DNA of 60,592 nt, the filler included, from Circinaria calcarea (taxonomy: Eukaryota), in NCBI GenBank assembly GCA_051942165.1. It is 12 parts of 12 records of this genome, joined end to end, with 100 filler letters (N's around TTAATTAATTAA, not from the genome) between each part and the next. Parts side by side here need not be neighbours in the genome. Positions count along the whole stretch, not along the records: positions 55,651 to 60,592 come from JAVECS010002110.1; 11 more parts are not named here. One strand, written 5' to 3'. This document shows, one piece after another, positions 59,483 through 60,592 of this stretch. The notes beneath the pieces are model-generated. The model worked only from the letters and a program-made list of their open reading frames with translations. It was not told the origin of the DNA and did not search any database. Numbering within the stretch: the stretch's first letter is position 1; each line of letters starts with the position of its first letter. Both the position numbers and the translations under genes were made by a program.

Positions 59483-60592
59483 CTACCTTCTGAGTCCAGA
59501 CTTCTCTAGAAATCTTGCCGCCAGCTTTGCACACTTGGAAGCCTCCGCATCAAACCCACTTTGTCCTCCAAGCAAGAAGATATCGTGGTTTGCATATGGT
59601 TCAACGTGAATTTCTACCACATTCCCCTTCACTTTTCCCATGCTCTGCGCAAACATGGCGCTTTGGCTGTGCAATACCTCAACCCCTCCAACTTGAATCC
59701 ATATAGGTGTCCTCGAAGGAAATGGATGGTCCATAGGCGAGATGTAGGGATCCGAAATCTTCATCGATTTTGGTAGATAGGCTTGGATCCCCCAGCTGAT
59801 AAAAGCGTTGCTTAGGTAATCGGTCTTGCTGAATACGTGGTGATCAATGTCTTGCGCTCTTGGGTTCGAGTCCAGGTCAAGCCAGGGGCTCCAGAGCAAA
59901 GCAGCTCCGGGAGAAGGCAAGTACTGCTCAGGCTGCGAAATGTACCTTAGCAGCGCGACTACAATGTTCGCCCCTGCGGAGTCACCGGAGATAGCGATAC
60001 GAGAGGAAGTAATTCCGCAACGGAGTACATATCCATATGCCGTGATAGCGTCTTGAAGCGCGGCGGGAAATTGACCACCTGGATTGGAACTGAGACGGTA
60101 GTCGACGGCAAAAACTTTTGCCGCGGTATTAGAAGTGAGCAGGTTGGCACCGTAAGCGCAGCTCGCGTCTCGCCCTTCACCGATAACAAACTAAAAGGCA
60201 TCTGACTAAGTCAAGATTCGACGAAGGTGGGGACATGTGCTTACAGCTCCACCATGGAAATGCAGTACCACCGGGACCTGTGCATCTACATCTTCTCGTG
60301 TCAAAGGCGAGGGATACCATGTTGCTCCCACCGCCTCCGGCTTAATTGCGCTGTTGACTGCGACCCCTTGGTAAATAGGGTCTGTGGCGGGTTGAATGGC
60401 GACGAATCGGTCCTTCTCCGCCCCTGGCTCCAACGTCCGGGGAGTTTTGACGCGCAGCAGAGAAGAGTAGTAAAGAAAGGACTTGAAGAACTCGTTCATC
60501 ACAGCCTGTCGGAAAGTCCATGCTGGGTGCTGGCGGAGTTTTCGAGGCACCGAGCGAATTAGCCAGAAGGGCAAGTGGACGAGAGTAGCTAC
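59483..60592 (-). CDS. HSL-family (Abhydrolase_3) esterase/lipase, 5'-truncated
   Basis: VVLHFHGGA/FVIG (intron 60191..60244), VDYRL, FPAALQD, ISGDSAGAN nucleophile motif, LLWSPW, GGVEVL, NHDI. Confidence 0.9.

Noticed and set aside
397..60562. Most short or antisense ORFs in the supplied track
   Set aside because: They are shadows of real spliced genes or start at GTG/TTG, which is not appropriate for a fungal nuclear genome

Overview
This is not a contiguous locus. It is 12 unrelated fungal contigs of 4967-4942 bp, sorted by decreasing length and joined by 11 identical 100-bp linkers (N44-TTAATTAATTAA-N44), so neighbourhood arguments hold only within a contig. Intron signals (GTRAGT/GTATGT...CTRAC...YAG) and gene content point to a filamentous ascomycete (Pezizomycotina; a lichen-type fungus is possible but not shown). 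The supplied ORF track ignores introns and uses GTG/TTG starts, so gene models were rebuilt by hand. Recognisable genes: DUF4419, GH128, a mitochondrial rhomboid, GH76 (Dfg5/Dcw1), synaptobrevin, Brx1, a Wwm1-like WW protein, formamidase fmdS with its upstream gene usgS, Inp1, the Ino80 C-terminus, an ankyrin-repeat protein, a Stc1-domain protein, Ime2, Psr1, Sds22, MRPL31, a EutQ-like cupin, a UbiA-type terpene cyclase and an HSL-family esterase. The best leads are: the usgS-fmdS tandem with an inverted GATA pair; an intact but catalytically dead SRPK-like pseudokinase flanked by direct repeats; a HeLo-like N-terminal helix fused out of frame to an ankyrin array; a decayed Crinkler-like NTPase/nuclease gene; a protein with two tandem KP4/Ecp2-like cysteine domains; an unexplained hairpin cluster; an ATG split by an intron; and a visible RIP gradient. 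Family names come from motif recognition, not database searches. No complete novel multi-gene system can be demonstrated from 5-kb fragments.
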